Positions 48,791-57,706 of a stretch of 64,000 bases of DNA are shown in pieces. The DNA is taken from positions 1-64,000 of the forward strand of contig JANNVX010000004.1 in NCBI GenBank assembly GCA_031414595.1, given 5' to 3'. Made by a program: the position numbers and the translations under genes. Under the pieces are notes generated by a model, which searched no databases, was not told the origin of the DNA, and saw only the letters and a list, made by a program, of their open reading frames with translations. The DNA comes from Deinococcales bacterium. GTDB taxonomy: Bacteria > Deinococcota > Deinococci > Deinococcales > JAAFIG01. How positions within the stretch are numbered: position 1 is the stretch's first letter; every line of letters begins with the position of its first letter.

Positions 48791-49615
48791 TCAATCAGAA
48801 TTAGTGTGATTCGGTATTGCATTGCGCTCAATCCACAAAGCAACATCTTCTAAAAACCAACCTAACTTTTGTACGGATTGGAATTCAGTAATTGTTCTAA
48901 GCCAAGTTGAAAGTTCTAAGAAGGTCAATTGAAAAACAGGAATTCCCTGACTCTCTTTCCATCCTTGGACTTCAATATGATCATTAGCATTTGGTGAAAA
49001 ATAAACAAAAGCTAATTTAACTGGCAAAGAAGGACGAAAATCTTTACGAATAGCACGCTGGACTAAAGAAACCAACCTTTGCTTATCATTAATAATTGCA
49101 ACTAACAAAGACTGAGGAAGAATAACAAGACAAAACTCGGGTTCAAAATTTTTGGCAAACACTCGAACTATGACCTGATGATTTTCAAGAGTCAGATATA
49201 GAAACTCCACGCTCATTGCATCATAAATTGGAATACACGCCCGAAGTTCGGATTTAAGGTCAAGGAAAGATTCAAAAACACTATTCTTAAAACGATAATT
49301 TAATACCAAAACATCTTCCAAAACGTGCATCATCTGCGATTCACTGAACGGCTGTTCGTAAGCCTTAGGGCGGTTTTCAATAAAAGCCTCGAGCATTCTA
49401 ACTCGCTGTTCAGCATTAAAATACTTATAACGAAGCATTTCATAAATAAGATCACATCGAAAGGGTTCGTTTTCTAGGGGGAAAACCAATTGAAAAAGAC
49501 TAAATCCATATTCGTGGATTAAATCTGAAACATCCAATTCTTTATCAGACAGCCTAAATTCATCTGGTTCATCTTCCACAATGGTTCTCGTGGTGGTGTA
49601 AGCAACAGTAGACAT
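48791..49615 (-). CDS. Hypothetical protein (AT-rich)
   Basis: 274-aa ORF with GGAG RBS; no family recognised. Confidence 0.65.
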   Translation of the reverse strand: MSTVAYTTTRTIVEDEPDEFRLSDKELDVSDLIHEYGFSLFQLVFPLENEPFRCDLIYEMLRYKYFNAEQRVRMLEAFIENRPKAYEQPFSESQMMHVLEDVLVLNYRFKNSVFESFLDLKSELRACIPIYDAMSVEFLYLTLENHQVIVRVFAKNFEPEFCLVILPQSLLVAIINDKQRLVSLVQRAIRKDFRPSLPVKLAFVYFSPNANDHIEVQGWKESQGIPVFQLTFLELSTWLRTITEFQSVQKLGWFLEDVALWIERNAIPNHTNSD

Positions 49616-49696
49616 AATAAAACTCCAATCTTAAAATAAGTGAATGAATCTCTCGAGCCAACCTGAGTCAAGCGACTCACTAGAAATACCGATAGG

Positions 49697-50311
49697 CTAA
49701 AGCTCGAGCAAATGCCAACGCCCAGCCGTGTTAATAATTCGTGTTTCGCGCAGAACAGCTTCGCCAGCCGCTTCGTGAATATGACCGCAAATGAAAAGTT
49801 TAGGTTGCTTCTGACGAATATAAGAAAGAGCTTCTCTCGAGCCTGCACGCTTACCAGAATGGGTTAAATCCACATAACCAAATGGTGGACCATGCGAAAC
49901 AACAATATCCACAGCTTCAAAATCCCAAGCAGCAGCTTCTTCGTCTTCATCAATGGTCATGAATTGCCACCGCAGCAGCATTTCAGGTCGGTCATAAGCT
50001 GGCGTGAGCGCCACGCCGTAAATAGTCAAACCACTCGAGTGTGTATAAGTGATGCCATCAATTGGAGTAACGCCCCACTGTTTCCAGAGATGATTACTAA
50101 AGCCAAGGTCGTGATTGCCATGCAGTGCCAGAACCACGGGGTATTTTTCTCGAGCTTCGGACAGGAATTTCTCGAACAGAGCGCATTCGGCTTTGGTGTG
50201 ACGGTAGCCAAGGTTAGTCCAATCGCCACCGTGAATGAAGATGTCAGCATCAGGCAGGAACTCGAGTGTCGGGAAAACCTGATGGGTGTCTGATGTAATT
50301 AAGATTTTCAG
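49697..50311 (-). CDS. Calcineurin-like metallophosphoesterase (CTG start)
   Basis: Frame extends beyond the track: LKILITSDTH...HGGD...GNHD...SHGPP...GHIHE; AAGGTG SD 7 nt before CTG; in-frame stop just upstream. Confidence 0.85.
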   Translation of the reverse strand: MKILITSDTHQVFPTLEFLPDADIFIHGGDWTNLGYRHTKAECALFEKFLSEAREKYPVVLALHGNHDLGFSNHLWKQWGVTPIDGITYTHSSGLTIYGVALTPAYDRPEMLLRWQFMTIDEDEEAAAWDFEAVDIVVSHGPPFGYVDLTHSGKRAGSREALSYIRQKQPKLFICGHIHEAAGEAVLRETRIINTAGRWHLLEL

Positions 50312-50376
50312 AAATTGTCACCTTTGACGGTTCGTTTTTAGCTATCTGCACTTAGTTTTCTTGATTCTAAAATTTG

Positions 50377-50742
50377 TCAGAGGAGGAATACTTTACGTGT
50401 CCAATCATCGTCGGCAGCAAAAGGTCCGTGAATTGACGCAAAACAGCCTTTGGATGCAACTTCTCTCTGAAGATCAGTATTTGCCCAATGAATATAGACT
50501 CTTTTGTCGTACAGATCGATTTCAGTGACTATACCGATAGCACGAATTTCTATATTGGGAGAACCCTGACCGAGCATTTTTTTGATTGCAATACGATCAC
50601 CAACTTTGATTTGATCTCGTGCCGCAGCTTGTGAAGGTTGTTCTTCATCATTCCAGCCCAAAAACCAATAACCACGACGGGTAAACACGTCAAACATATC
50701 GTCACCACTGAAATTTGCACCTACAACCCAATAATTTGCCAT
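50377..50742 (-). CDS. Small stand-alone EVE/PUA-like protein (resembles McrB-type N-terminal reader domains)
   Basis: YW.VGA...W..GW...IKVGDRIAIK...AIGIV pattern; AGGAG RBS. Confidence 0.6.
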   Translation of the reverse strand: MANYWVVGANFSGDDMFDVFTRRGYWFLGWNDEEQPSQAAARDQIKVGDRIAIKKMLGQGSPNIEIRAIGIVTEIDLYDKRVYIHWANTDLQREVASKGCFASIHGPFAADDDWTRKVFLL

Positions 50743-50846
50743 ATAACTCCTTTTGATTCTGAGCGTTCTTCCAATTTGTAACTACCCTTAACAAAGCATA
50801 GCACAGCTTCAATCTTCTGTCAATTTCAAATTTGAATTTCTTATTG

Positions 50847-51518
50847 CTAAGACTTCAAAATCTCGATTGCTTTAAGTCTGGTTGATTCCGAAGCACTATC
50901 AAGTAGCTTGACGGCTGCTTGTGTTCTAATGTCTCTCGAGTCACTTTGAAGCAGTCCCAAAAGGGTCTTTTCGATTTTTGCTTCCACTGCTTCTGGTAAT
51001 GTGCTGGGCGTGAGCGCATTACCATCTACAATTGCAAACACAGTTTCTTCATTGCGTCCTTGCAGCTTGGTTACAGCTTTTTTGGCAGCATTAAGCATAT
51101 CTTGAAATTCAGTGGGAAAAACTGCTCGAGACACGGTTTTCAAGTGCTTCACTCGAATCTGATGCGGATTCCCAACGTCGTCAGACATGGCTTTTTCATC
51201 AAAATAATACTCACTTGTGGTCTCGAGTAAGTGAATGTCTCGAGTTTTAATGCTTGGTGTAACAATAATTGACCCAATAGGTAGGTTCGCAAATGCAAAA
51301 ATCTGCGTTGTGGCGAGTGAAACACTATGGCTATCCCCGTATTCTTTGCTCACAATTTCAAGAATTTCTTCATGAGATAGAATTTGATTTTTTGAATTTC
51401 TCAAATCTCCCAAACTTGGGTATCCTAAACTAGCAATCCTGCCACTTAAAAACTGCTCTTCTTTGTCCTTCCCGTCAGGTTTTGCTCGAACTACACACGC
51501 TTGTCTATTCGTTTTCAT
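50847..51518 (-). CDS. Hypothetical protein resembling the N-terminal domain of Mrr-type restriction proteins
   Basis: VVRA.....F.....SLGYP.LGDL...IGSIIVTP...Y.F...H..RV pattern; no nuclease motif seen; leaderless TATCAT. Confidence 0.55.
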   Translation of the reverse strand: MKTNRQACVVRAKPDGKDKEEQFLSGRIASLGYPSLGDLRNSKNQILSHEEILEIVSKEYGDSHSVSLATTQIFAFANLPIGSIIVTPSIKTRDIHLLETTSEYYFDEKAMSDDVGNPHQIRVKHLKTVSRAVFPTEFQDMLNAAKKAVTKLQGRNEETVFAIVDGNALTPSTLPEAVEAKIEKTLLGLLQSDSRDIRTQAAVKLLDSASESTRLKAIEILKS

Positions 51519-51621
51519 TTTTCTATGATAACACTTCAAAAGAGTTTTTGAATACCAATTGAAAACATGCAGATTGATTCTAGTGGTTGCTTGCTGCTTA
51601 AAATCTTTGTACACTCGAACC

Positions 51622-51906
51622 ATGACCATGATTACTGTTTCTACCAAAGCCCTTGCCGCGCTTGATCGTATCCGCTCTCAGCGTGGTATTCGCACTCGGG
51701 CTAAGGCGCTTGAGGTGATTGCTTTTGAAGCTGCGCCAGAACACCCGCTCGAGCAAAAAATCAGGGATGCTAAGACCGTTAAGCCCACTCGCCTTGAAGC
51801 TGACCGCGCTACGGCTTACTTGGCACGTAAAAAAGCGGGTACGGTTGAAACGTTTTCACCAGCCCAAGCTCTTAAAGAAGCGGCTAAACTGCGCGGGTCA
51901 AAGTGA
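51622..51906 (+). CDS. Putative antitoxin
   Basis: Small basic protein with GTGA overlap into a RelE-like gene; leaderless TACACT. Confidence 0.65.
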   Translation: MTMITVSTKALAALDRIRSQRGIRTRAKALEVIAFEAAPEHPLEQKIRDAKTVKPTRLEADRATAYLARKKAGTVETFSPAQALKEAAKLRGSK

Positions 51907-52202
51907 TTAAACCAGAGTTTGCCCCATACCGACTCGAGATTGAAAAACCAGCCTTGAAAGACCTTGCCGACTTTTCGGCTGAGGATGCAGAACACATTAT
52001 TGAAGTTTTGCAGCGTGTTGCGCTTACAGGCTCAGGCAATGTCGAATGGTTAGAGGGTCATCGGTTACTCCGCCTTAAAGCGCCTCCTGCTCGAGCTTTG
52101 GTAGATGTGACTGATGGTGTGATAACGGTGGTACTTATCGAATCTCGAGACCAAGTGTATTCTAAAAAAACATTAAAACGAGTCAAAGCCTACAGGCGTT
52201 AA
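51903..52202 (+). CDS. RelE/ParE-family toxin
   Basis: YRLEIEKPALKDL...L.G....RL....RA....V..I.SRDQVY. Confidence 0.7.
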   Translation: MIKPEFAPYRLEIEKPALKDLADFSAEDAEHIIEVLQRVALTGSGNVEWLEGHRLLRLKAPPARALVDVTDGVITVVLIESRDQVYSKKTLKRVKAYRR

Positions 52203-52405
52203 GTCTATTTTATACAAAGCTTACATACGCTTAAATTCCTCCTCTAAAAGACTTAAATCTCGAGTAACCGCCGAATTTATTGTGTGGCTCGAGATTGCAA
52301 AACAAATTTGGAAAATAACAAGCCCAGTGCTAAACTTCTGCCCGAGATGATTGTCTTTGAAACTCAAGGCTTGCCTGAAACTGGGCAATCACGTACAGTG
52401 ACTTT

Positions 52406-52657
52406 ATGACCCTGACCCTAGACCAAAATGGAAAACTCGAGCTTCCCAAAGCGATAAAGGAAGCACTTCATCTTGAATCAGGCAGTCAGCTTTATGCACA
52501 AATTGAAGGGGATAAATTGATTTTAACAGGTGTAAAAACAGCCGAACTTAAACGCATCGGAAAACTTTTGATGTGGACAGGTGAAATAGACTCGAGTTTA
52601 CCCGATGCGCTCGAGGTCATGCGTTCAGAACGAATCGGGCAAGTGGGTGGCTTTTGA
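52406..52657 (+). CDS. AbrB/MazE/SpoVT-family antitoxin
   Basis: LDQNGKLELPKAIKEALHL..G..L......LIL. Confidence 0.85.
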   Translation: MTLTLDQNGKLELPKAIKEALHLESGSQLYAQIEGDKLILTGVKTAELKRIGKLLMWTGEIDSSLPDALEVMRSERIGQVGGF

Positions 52658-52758
52658 AAGTTTTAATTGATACTAATGTGCTAATTGCAGCCGTATTTTT
52701 GAATCATGAATGGAAAAAATTGAAAAACTCATTCATACACTTTAGAGATTACTTATGA
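52654..52758 (+). pseudogene. Truncated PIN/VapC toxin (N-terminal fragment)
   Basis: MKVLIDTNVLIAAVFLNHE... only 34 aa; overlaps the antitoxin stop (TTGA) and the purD start (ATGA). Confidence 0.8.
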
Positions 52759-55076
52759 AAAAACAAAACATCCTGATTATTGGAAGCGGCGGACGTGAAC
52801 ACGCGATTGCATGGAAGGTCTTACAAAGCCCTCGAGTTAAAAAAGTCTTTGTTGCCCCCGGAAATGGTGGCACAGCCTCGAGTGCAAAACTCGAGAATGT
52901 AGACATTAAAGCCATGGATTTTCCTGCCCTGCTCGAGTTTGCAGTTACTCAAAAGATTGATTTAACGATTATTGGACCAGACGACCCATTGGCGGCTGGA
53001 ATTGTGGACGTGTTTGAAGCACAGGGCTTACGGGTTTTTGGTGCAAGTAGGGCAGCTTCTAAGCTCGAGTGGAGCAAAGGTTTTGCCAAAACCATGATGC
53101 GGCAATGCAGTGTGCCAACTGCCGATTTTGCGGTTTGTACCAACTTAGAGGACGGCTTAGAATTGGTACGCGATTTTCCATTTAGCACTGAGGGCTTTGT
53201 GATTAAAGCCGATGGTTTAGCACTGGGCAAAGGCGTGTTGATTTGCGACACAGTGCAACAAGCCGAATATGCTTTAGAACAAATGTTTAGTGGTGCTTTT
53301 GGCGAAGCTGGACAAACTGTGGTGATTGAACAGCGCTTATTTGGGCGTGAAGTTAGTGCTTTATGTTTTTGTGATGGCAAAATTGCTAAAATGATGCCAC
53401 CTGCAAGGGATCATAAACGGGCTTTGAATGGTGATAACGGACTGAACACGGGTGGTATGGGCGCATACGCCCCAGCCCCAGACATCAGTGCTGCCTTGCT
53501 CGAGGAAATACGGGTTAGGGTGGTACAACCCATTTTAGAGGGTATGGCAGCCCGAGGCGAACCGTTTACGGGTGTTTTGTACCCCGGTATCATGCTGACC
53601 GAAAACGGCATCAGTGTGCTTGAATTTAACGCCCGATTTGGCGACCCAGAAACCCAAGTGCTACTCCCGCTTCTCGAGACGGACTTGCTCGAGATTATAG
53701 ATGCTTGTATAGATGGCACACTGCATAACCTCGAGCCAATTTGGAAAAAAGAATCTTGTGCGACGGTCGTGATGGCAAGTGGTGGTTATCCAGAAAAGTA
53801 CGAAACTGGTTTTGAAATTCTGGGACTAGGGGCAGTGCCAAAGGATGTGATGGTCTTTCATGCGGGGACAAAACTCGAGCAGAAAAAAATCGTCTCGAGT
53901 GGTGGACGGGTTTTAAGTGTCAGTGCTACGGGCAAGAATCTCGAGGAAGCACTGCATAAAGCCTATTCTGGGGTTAAACAGATTTCGTTTCGTGAAGCCC
54001 ATTATCGCACCGATATTGGACAAACTCTCTCCCCCAAAGAACAAGAGAGGGGAGCAACTGATGCTTATGCTGGGGCTGGGGTGAACATTGCCGAAGGAAC
54101 TCGAGCCGTGGCACTGATGCAGGACGCGGTACGTTCGACCCATGATGCTCGAGTGGTGGCTGGGGTTGGGGCATTTGGTGGGGTCTTTGACATTTCAAGC
54201 CTCAAGAATATGCAGCGTCCATTGTTGGTTGCCAGTACCGACGGGGTAGGCACAAAAACAATGGTGGCGGCTCAAATTGGCAATTGGACTGGGATTGGTG
54301 CTGATATTGTCAATCATGGGATTAACGATATTCTGGTTCAGGGCGCAAAACCACTTTTTTTCTTAGATTATATTGCGGCTAACAAATTACAAGCCGAATG
54401 GGTCGCCAGTATTGTCTCGAGTATGGCAGAGGCTTGCCGTGCTGCCAATTGCGTGATTTTGGGCGGCGAAACCGCCGAGATGCCTGGAGTCTATAAAACA
54501 GGTGAATCGGATGTGGCTGGGACAATGGTCGGTGCTTTAGAACATGGAAACCTAATAGATGGCACTCGAGTTGAGGTCGGCGATTGTATTTTAGCGCTGC
54601 CCTCGAGTGGTTTACACACCAATGGGTATAGTTTGGCTCGAAAAACGCTGTCTGGGTTATCTTGGACAAAACCTCGAGCCGATTTAGAAAGCATGACCAT
54701 AGGCGAAGCCCTGCTGATGCCGCACCGTTCGTACTTAGACCATATTAACGCCCTCGAGGAAGCTGGAATAGACATTCGGGCAATGGCACACATCACAGGC
54801 GGGGGACTCTGGGACAACATTCCGCGTACCCTGCCAAAAGACAAAGCCGCATGGATTAAACGCGGTACTTGGCGCATTCCAAGTATTTTTAAGTTAATTC
54901 TCGAGCGGGCAAAACTAAGTGAATACGACGCATATCACGCTTTTAACATGGGTGTTGGGATGACTGTGATTATCCCAGAGAATCAACTTGTACAAGCCCT
55001 CGAGATTCTAGGCGATGATGTGTTTTTGATTGGCGAAATTATCCCTCGAGCCAGCCAAAGTGTGGTGTTGCAATGA
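52755..55076 (+). CDS. purD: Bifunctional phosphoribosylamine--glycine ligase / AIR synthetase (PurD-PurM fusion)
   Basis: GSGGREHA, NTGGMG and RFGDPETQ (PurD); YAGAGVNI, STDGVGTK, GGETAEMP and SSGLHTNG (PurM). Confidence 0.95.
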   Translation: MKKQNILIIGSGGREHAIAWKVLQSPRVKKVFVAPGNGGTASSAKLENVDIKAMDFPALLEFAVTQKIDLTIIGPDDPLAAGIVDVFEAQGLRVFGASRAASKLEWSKGFAKTMMRQCSVPTADFAVCTNLEDGLELVRDFPFSTEGFVIKADGLALGKGVLICDTVQQAEYALEQMFSGAFGEAGQTVVIEQRLFGREVSALCFCDGKIAKMMPPARDHKRALNGDNGLNTGGMGAYAPAPDISAALLEEIRVRVVQPILEGMAARGEPFTGVLYPGIMLTENGISVLEFNARFGDPETQVLLPLLETDLLEIIDACIDGTLHNLEPIWKKESCATVVMASGGYPEKYETGFEILGLGAVPKDVMVFHAGTKLEQKKIVSSGGRVLSVSATGKNLEEALHKAYSGVKQISFREAHYRTDIGQTLSPKEQERGATDAYAGAGVNIAEGTRAVALMQDAVRSTHDARVVAGVGAFGGVFDISSLKNMQRPLLVASTDGVGTKTMVAAQIGNWTGIGADIVNHGINDILVQGAKPLFFLDYIAANKLQAEWVASIVSSMAEACRAANCVILGGETAEMPGVYKTGESDVAGTMVGALEHGNLIDGTRVEVGDCILALPSSGLHTNGYSLARKTLSGLSWTKPRADLESMTIGEALLMPHRSYLDHINALEEAGIDIRAMAHITGGGLWDNIPRTLPKDKAAWIKRGTWRIPSIFKLILERAKLSEYDAYHAFNMGVGMTVIIPENQLVQALEILGDDVFLIGEIIPRASQSVVLQ

Positions 55077-56428
55077 GTATCAAAAGTATTTCCCCGATAG
55101 ATGGGCGGTATGCGAGGGTTACGCAACCGCTCGAGGATTTTGTCTCTGAATTTGCCTTAATGAAGTACCGTGTTTTTGTTGAACTTAAATGGTTAGAGTT
55201 TTTAACTCATGCAAATCTCGAGGGGATTCGGGCTTTGCAACCCTCCGAGTTTGTTTTCTTGGATTCATTGAACTCGAATTTTGCAGTCGCAGATGCCGAA
55301 CGCATCAAGGAAATTGAGCGCACCACCCGACATGATGTTAAAGCTGTAGAGTATTTTATCCGCGAGAAATTCAAAGGCACAACCCTTGAAGATGTTGGCG
55401 AATTTGTGCATTTTGCCTGTACCTCTGAGGACATCAACAACCTCGCCTATGCCCTGATGTTAAAAAAAGCCATGAGTCATTGTCTTCAACCGCTTCTGCT
55501 CGAGGTCATGGATGCTGTTTCCTACCTTGCGGCAACCCATCAAGCACTGCCGATGATGGCACGTACCCACGGGCAACCTGCTAGTCCAACCACACTTGGT
55601 AAAGAAATGGCAGTCTTTGTGTACCGTTGGCAACGTCAAATGCGCTTTCTCGAGTCGCAAGAAATTCTGGGCAAGTTTGCTGGGGCAGTCGGTAATTTTA
55701 ATGCCCACACCAGTGCCTATCCAAATGCCGATTGGCGTGGTTTAGCCAAGGATTTTGTGACTTCTTTGGGCTTAACCTATAATCCACTGACCACCCAAAT
55801 CGAATCCCATGATTTTATTGCCGAACTTTTCCATACCTTAATGCGTTTTAACCAAATTGCGCTTGGTTTTGCCCAAGATATTTGGCAGTACATCAGCCTT
55901 GGGTACTTTAAGCAACGAACCGTGGCAGGAGAAATTGGCAGTAGTACCATGCCGCATAAAGTCAATCCAATAGATTTTGAGAATGCCGAAGCCAATCTGG
56001 GCTTAGCAAACGCGACTTTTGCACATCTGGCAACGAAGCTCGAGGTCTCGAGGTTACAACGCGATTTATCCGACTCGAGCGCCCTGCGTAACATTGGCGT
56101 GGGCTTGGCACACACCATGATTGCGTTCTCGAGCTTAAAAGCTGGAATTGCCAAACTCGAAGTCAACACAACCAAAATTGCCGCCGACCTTGAAAACGAA
56201 TGGATGCTCTTAGCCGAACCAATTCAAACGGTCATGCGAAAATACAATGTGCCAAATGGGTATGAGCGTATGAAAGACCTGACTCGAGGTGAATCTGTTA
56301 ATGCTGCTACAATGCAAGCCTTTATTTCGAGCCTCGAGATTCCAGAAACCGATAAAAAACGCCTCCTCGAGATGCGCCCAAGTTCGTATGTGGGTTTAGC
56401 GGCTGAATTGGTCTCGGAAATTGGCTAG
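55073..56428 (+). CDS. purB: Adenylosuccinate lyase
   Basis: ISPIDGRY, RTHGQ and GSSTMPHKVNP. Confidence 0.97.
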   Translation: MSIKSISPIDGRYARVTQPLEDFVSEFALMKYRVFVELKWLEFLTHANLEGIRALQPSEFVFLDSLNSNFAVADAERIKEIERTTRHDVKAVEYFIREKFKGTTLEDVGEFVHFACTSEDINNLAYALMLKKAMSHCLQPLLLEVMDAVSYLAATHQALPMMARTHGQPASPTTLGKEMAVFVYRWQRQMRFLESQEILGKFAGAVGNFNAHTSAYPNADWRGLAKDFVTSLGLTYNPLTTQIESHDFIAELFHTLMRFNQIALGFAQDIWQYISLGYFKQRTVAGEIGSSTMPHKVNPIDFENAEANLGLANATFAHLATKLEVSRLQRDLSDSSALRNIGVGLAHTMIAFSSLKAGIAKLEVNTTKIAADLENEWMLLAEPIQTVMRKYNVPNGYERMKDLTRGESVNAATMQAFISSLEIPETDKKRLLEMRPSSYVGLAAELVSEIG

Positions 56429-56449
56429 ACTAAGGCTAAGAGGTGAAGC

Positions 56450-56677
56450 ATGAAAACGGTTACAATTTCACAATTTGAAGCAGATGTCCATGAACTCCTA
56501 AAAGCATTAGGTGATGGCGAAACAATTACAATTGAAAAAGATGGCGAACCATTTCTTGAATTGCAAGGCAAAAAGACAAAAACAAGCAATTGGTCGCCAG
56601 AGGTACAAGCACATTTGGACAATCCCAATCCTCATTGGTATCTCGAGCCTGACCCGTTTCCACGAGAAGTAGATTAA
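56450..56677 (+). CDS. Phd/YefM-like antitoxin (orphan)
   Basis: MKTVTISQF......LL....GETITIEKDGEP; GAGG RBS. Confidence 0.65.
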   Translation: MKTVTISQFEADVHELLKALGDGETITIEKDGEPFLELQGKKTKTSNWSPEVQAHLDNPNPHWYLEPDPFPREVD

Positions 56678-56985
56678 GGCGTGTTTTTGCTATCTGTCCC
56701 AATGACCCAATCAAAACTATTCACGGCTTCTTGCAGAGAATCGTACAGTGTCAAGTCTTTAGTCAACTCTGAATAGATAAGTTGGTCAAGGAAATATGCT
56801 TCATGGTCAAGGAAGTATTGAGTAGGGTTTTTGCGATTTATCGGATCGCAATTTAGAGCAGCAAACCTACCATCTGACAGACTCTTAATGCAATGAATGC
56901 GATATAAAGCTCCTTCAGCCGTTTTTGTATAAACTTTAATATGTTCAAAAAATTCCTGCATACTCCACTCTATCTCTTCAAGCAC
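56674..56985 (-). CDS. Hypothetical protein
   Basis: 103-aa ORF filling the gap; start uncertain. Confidence 0.5.
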   Translation of the reverse strand: MLEEIEWSMQEFFEHIKVYTKTAEGALYRIHCIKSLSDGRFAALNCDPINRKNPTQYFLDHEAYFLDQLIYSELTKDLTLYDSLQEAVNSFDWVIGTDSKNTP

Positions 56986-57034
56986 GTATCTGCAATTTCA
57001 TTGAGGTTTTTATAAAAAAAGTTAGGACACAACC

Positions 57035-57625
57035 TTGAAACCCCGTCTGATTGTCTTGATTTCTGGCGCTGGAACAAACCTCCAAGCCCTGATAGATGCT
57101 GTGCAGAACGATATTCTCGAGATGGAAATTGCATTAGTTGTCTCAAATCGCAAAGCTGCATTTGGTCTCGAGCGAGCTAAAAATGCTGGTATCCCCACGC
57201 TGTATTTTCCCTTAAAACCCTATAAAGATGCCGGCAAAACTCGAGAAGATTTTGACACCGATTTAGCCAAAATTCTCGAGCAGCACAACCCAGATTTAAT
57301 TGTTTTAGCGGGTTGGATGCACATTGATTCTGGTGCGTTATGTCAGACTTTTCTTGGGCGAATTATTAACTTGCACCCAGCCTTACCCAACGAATTTGCT
57401 GGCGCTCATGCGATAGAAGATGCTTTTGCTGCGTGGCAACGCGGTGAAATCTCGAGGTCGGGCTGCATGGTGCATCATGTGATTCCAGAATTGGACGCAG
57501 GAGAAGTGATTGTAACAAAGGAAATACCGTTTATGGTAGGTGATACGCTCGAGACATTTGCATCTCGAGTACATGAAGCTGAACACCAGATTATTGTAGA
57601 AGCCACAAAGAAAATGCTTTCGTAG
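57035..57625 (+). CDS. purN: Phosphoribosylglycinamide formyltransferase
   Basis: LISGAGTNLQA, LAGWM, INLHPALP and LDAG; TTG start. Confidence 0.95.
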   Translation: MKPRLIVLISGAGTNLQALIDAVQNDILEMEIALVVSNRKAAFGLERAKNAGIPTLYFPLKPYKDAGKTREDFDTDLAKILEQHNPDLIVLAGWMHIDSGALCQTFLGRIINLHPALPNEFAGAHAIEDAFAAWQRGEISRSGCMVHHVIPELDAGEVIVTKEIPFMVGDTLETFASRVHEAEHQIIVEATKKMLS

Positions 57626-57646
57626 GGGCGAACCTTGTGTTCGCCC
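57622..57646 (+). repeat. GTAG-type REP supplying the purN stop codon
   Basis: GTAGGGGCGAACCTTGTGTTCGCCC; TAG 57623-57625 is the purN stop. Confidence 0.8.
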
Positions 57647-57706
57647 TGTGCAGCACATGCCCTTTTCAAGAATGTCCAGCAAGACATCCATTGGAGGAGA
57701 AATAAA

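Noticed and set aside
54025-54054. CT/GA-rich imperfect palindrome in the PurD-PurM linker as another inserted repeat
   Set aside because: Pairing is poor and there is no second copy in the window
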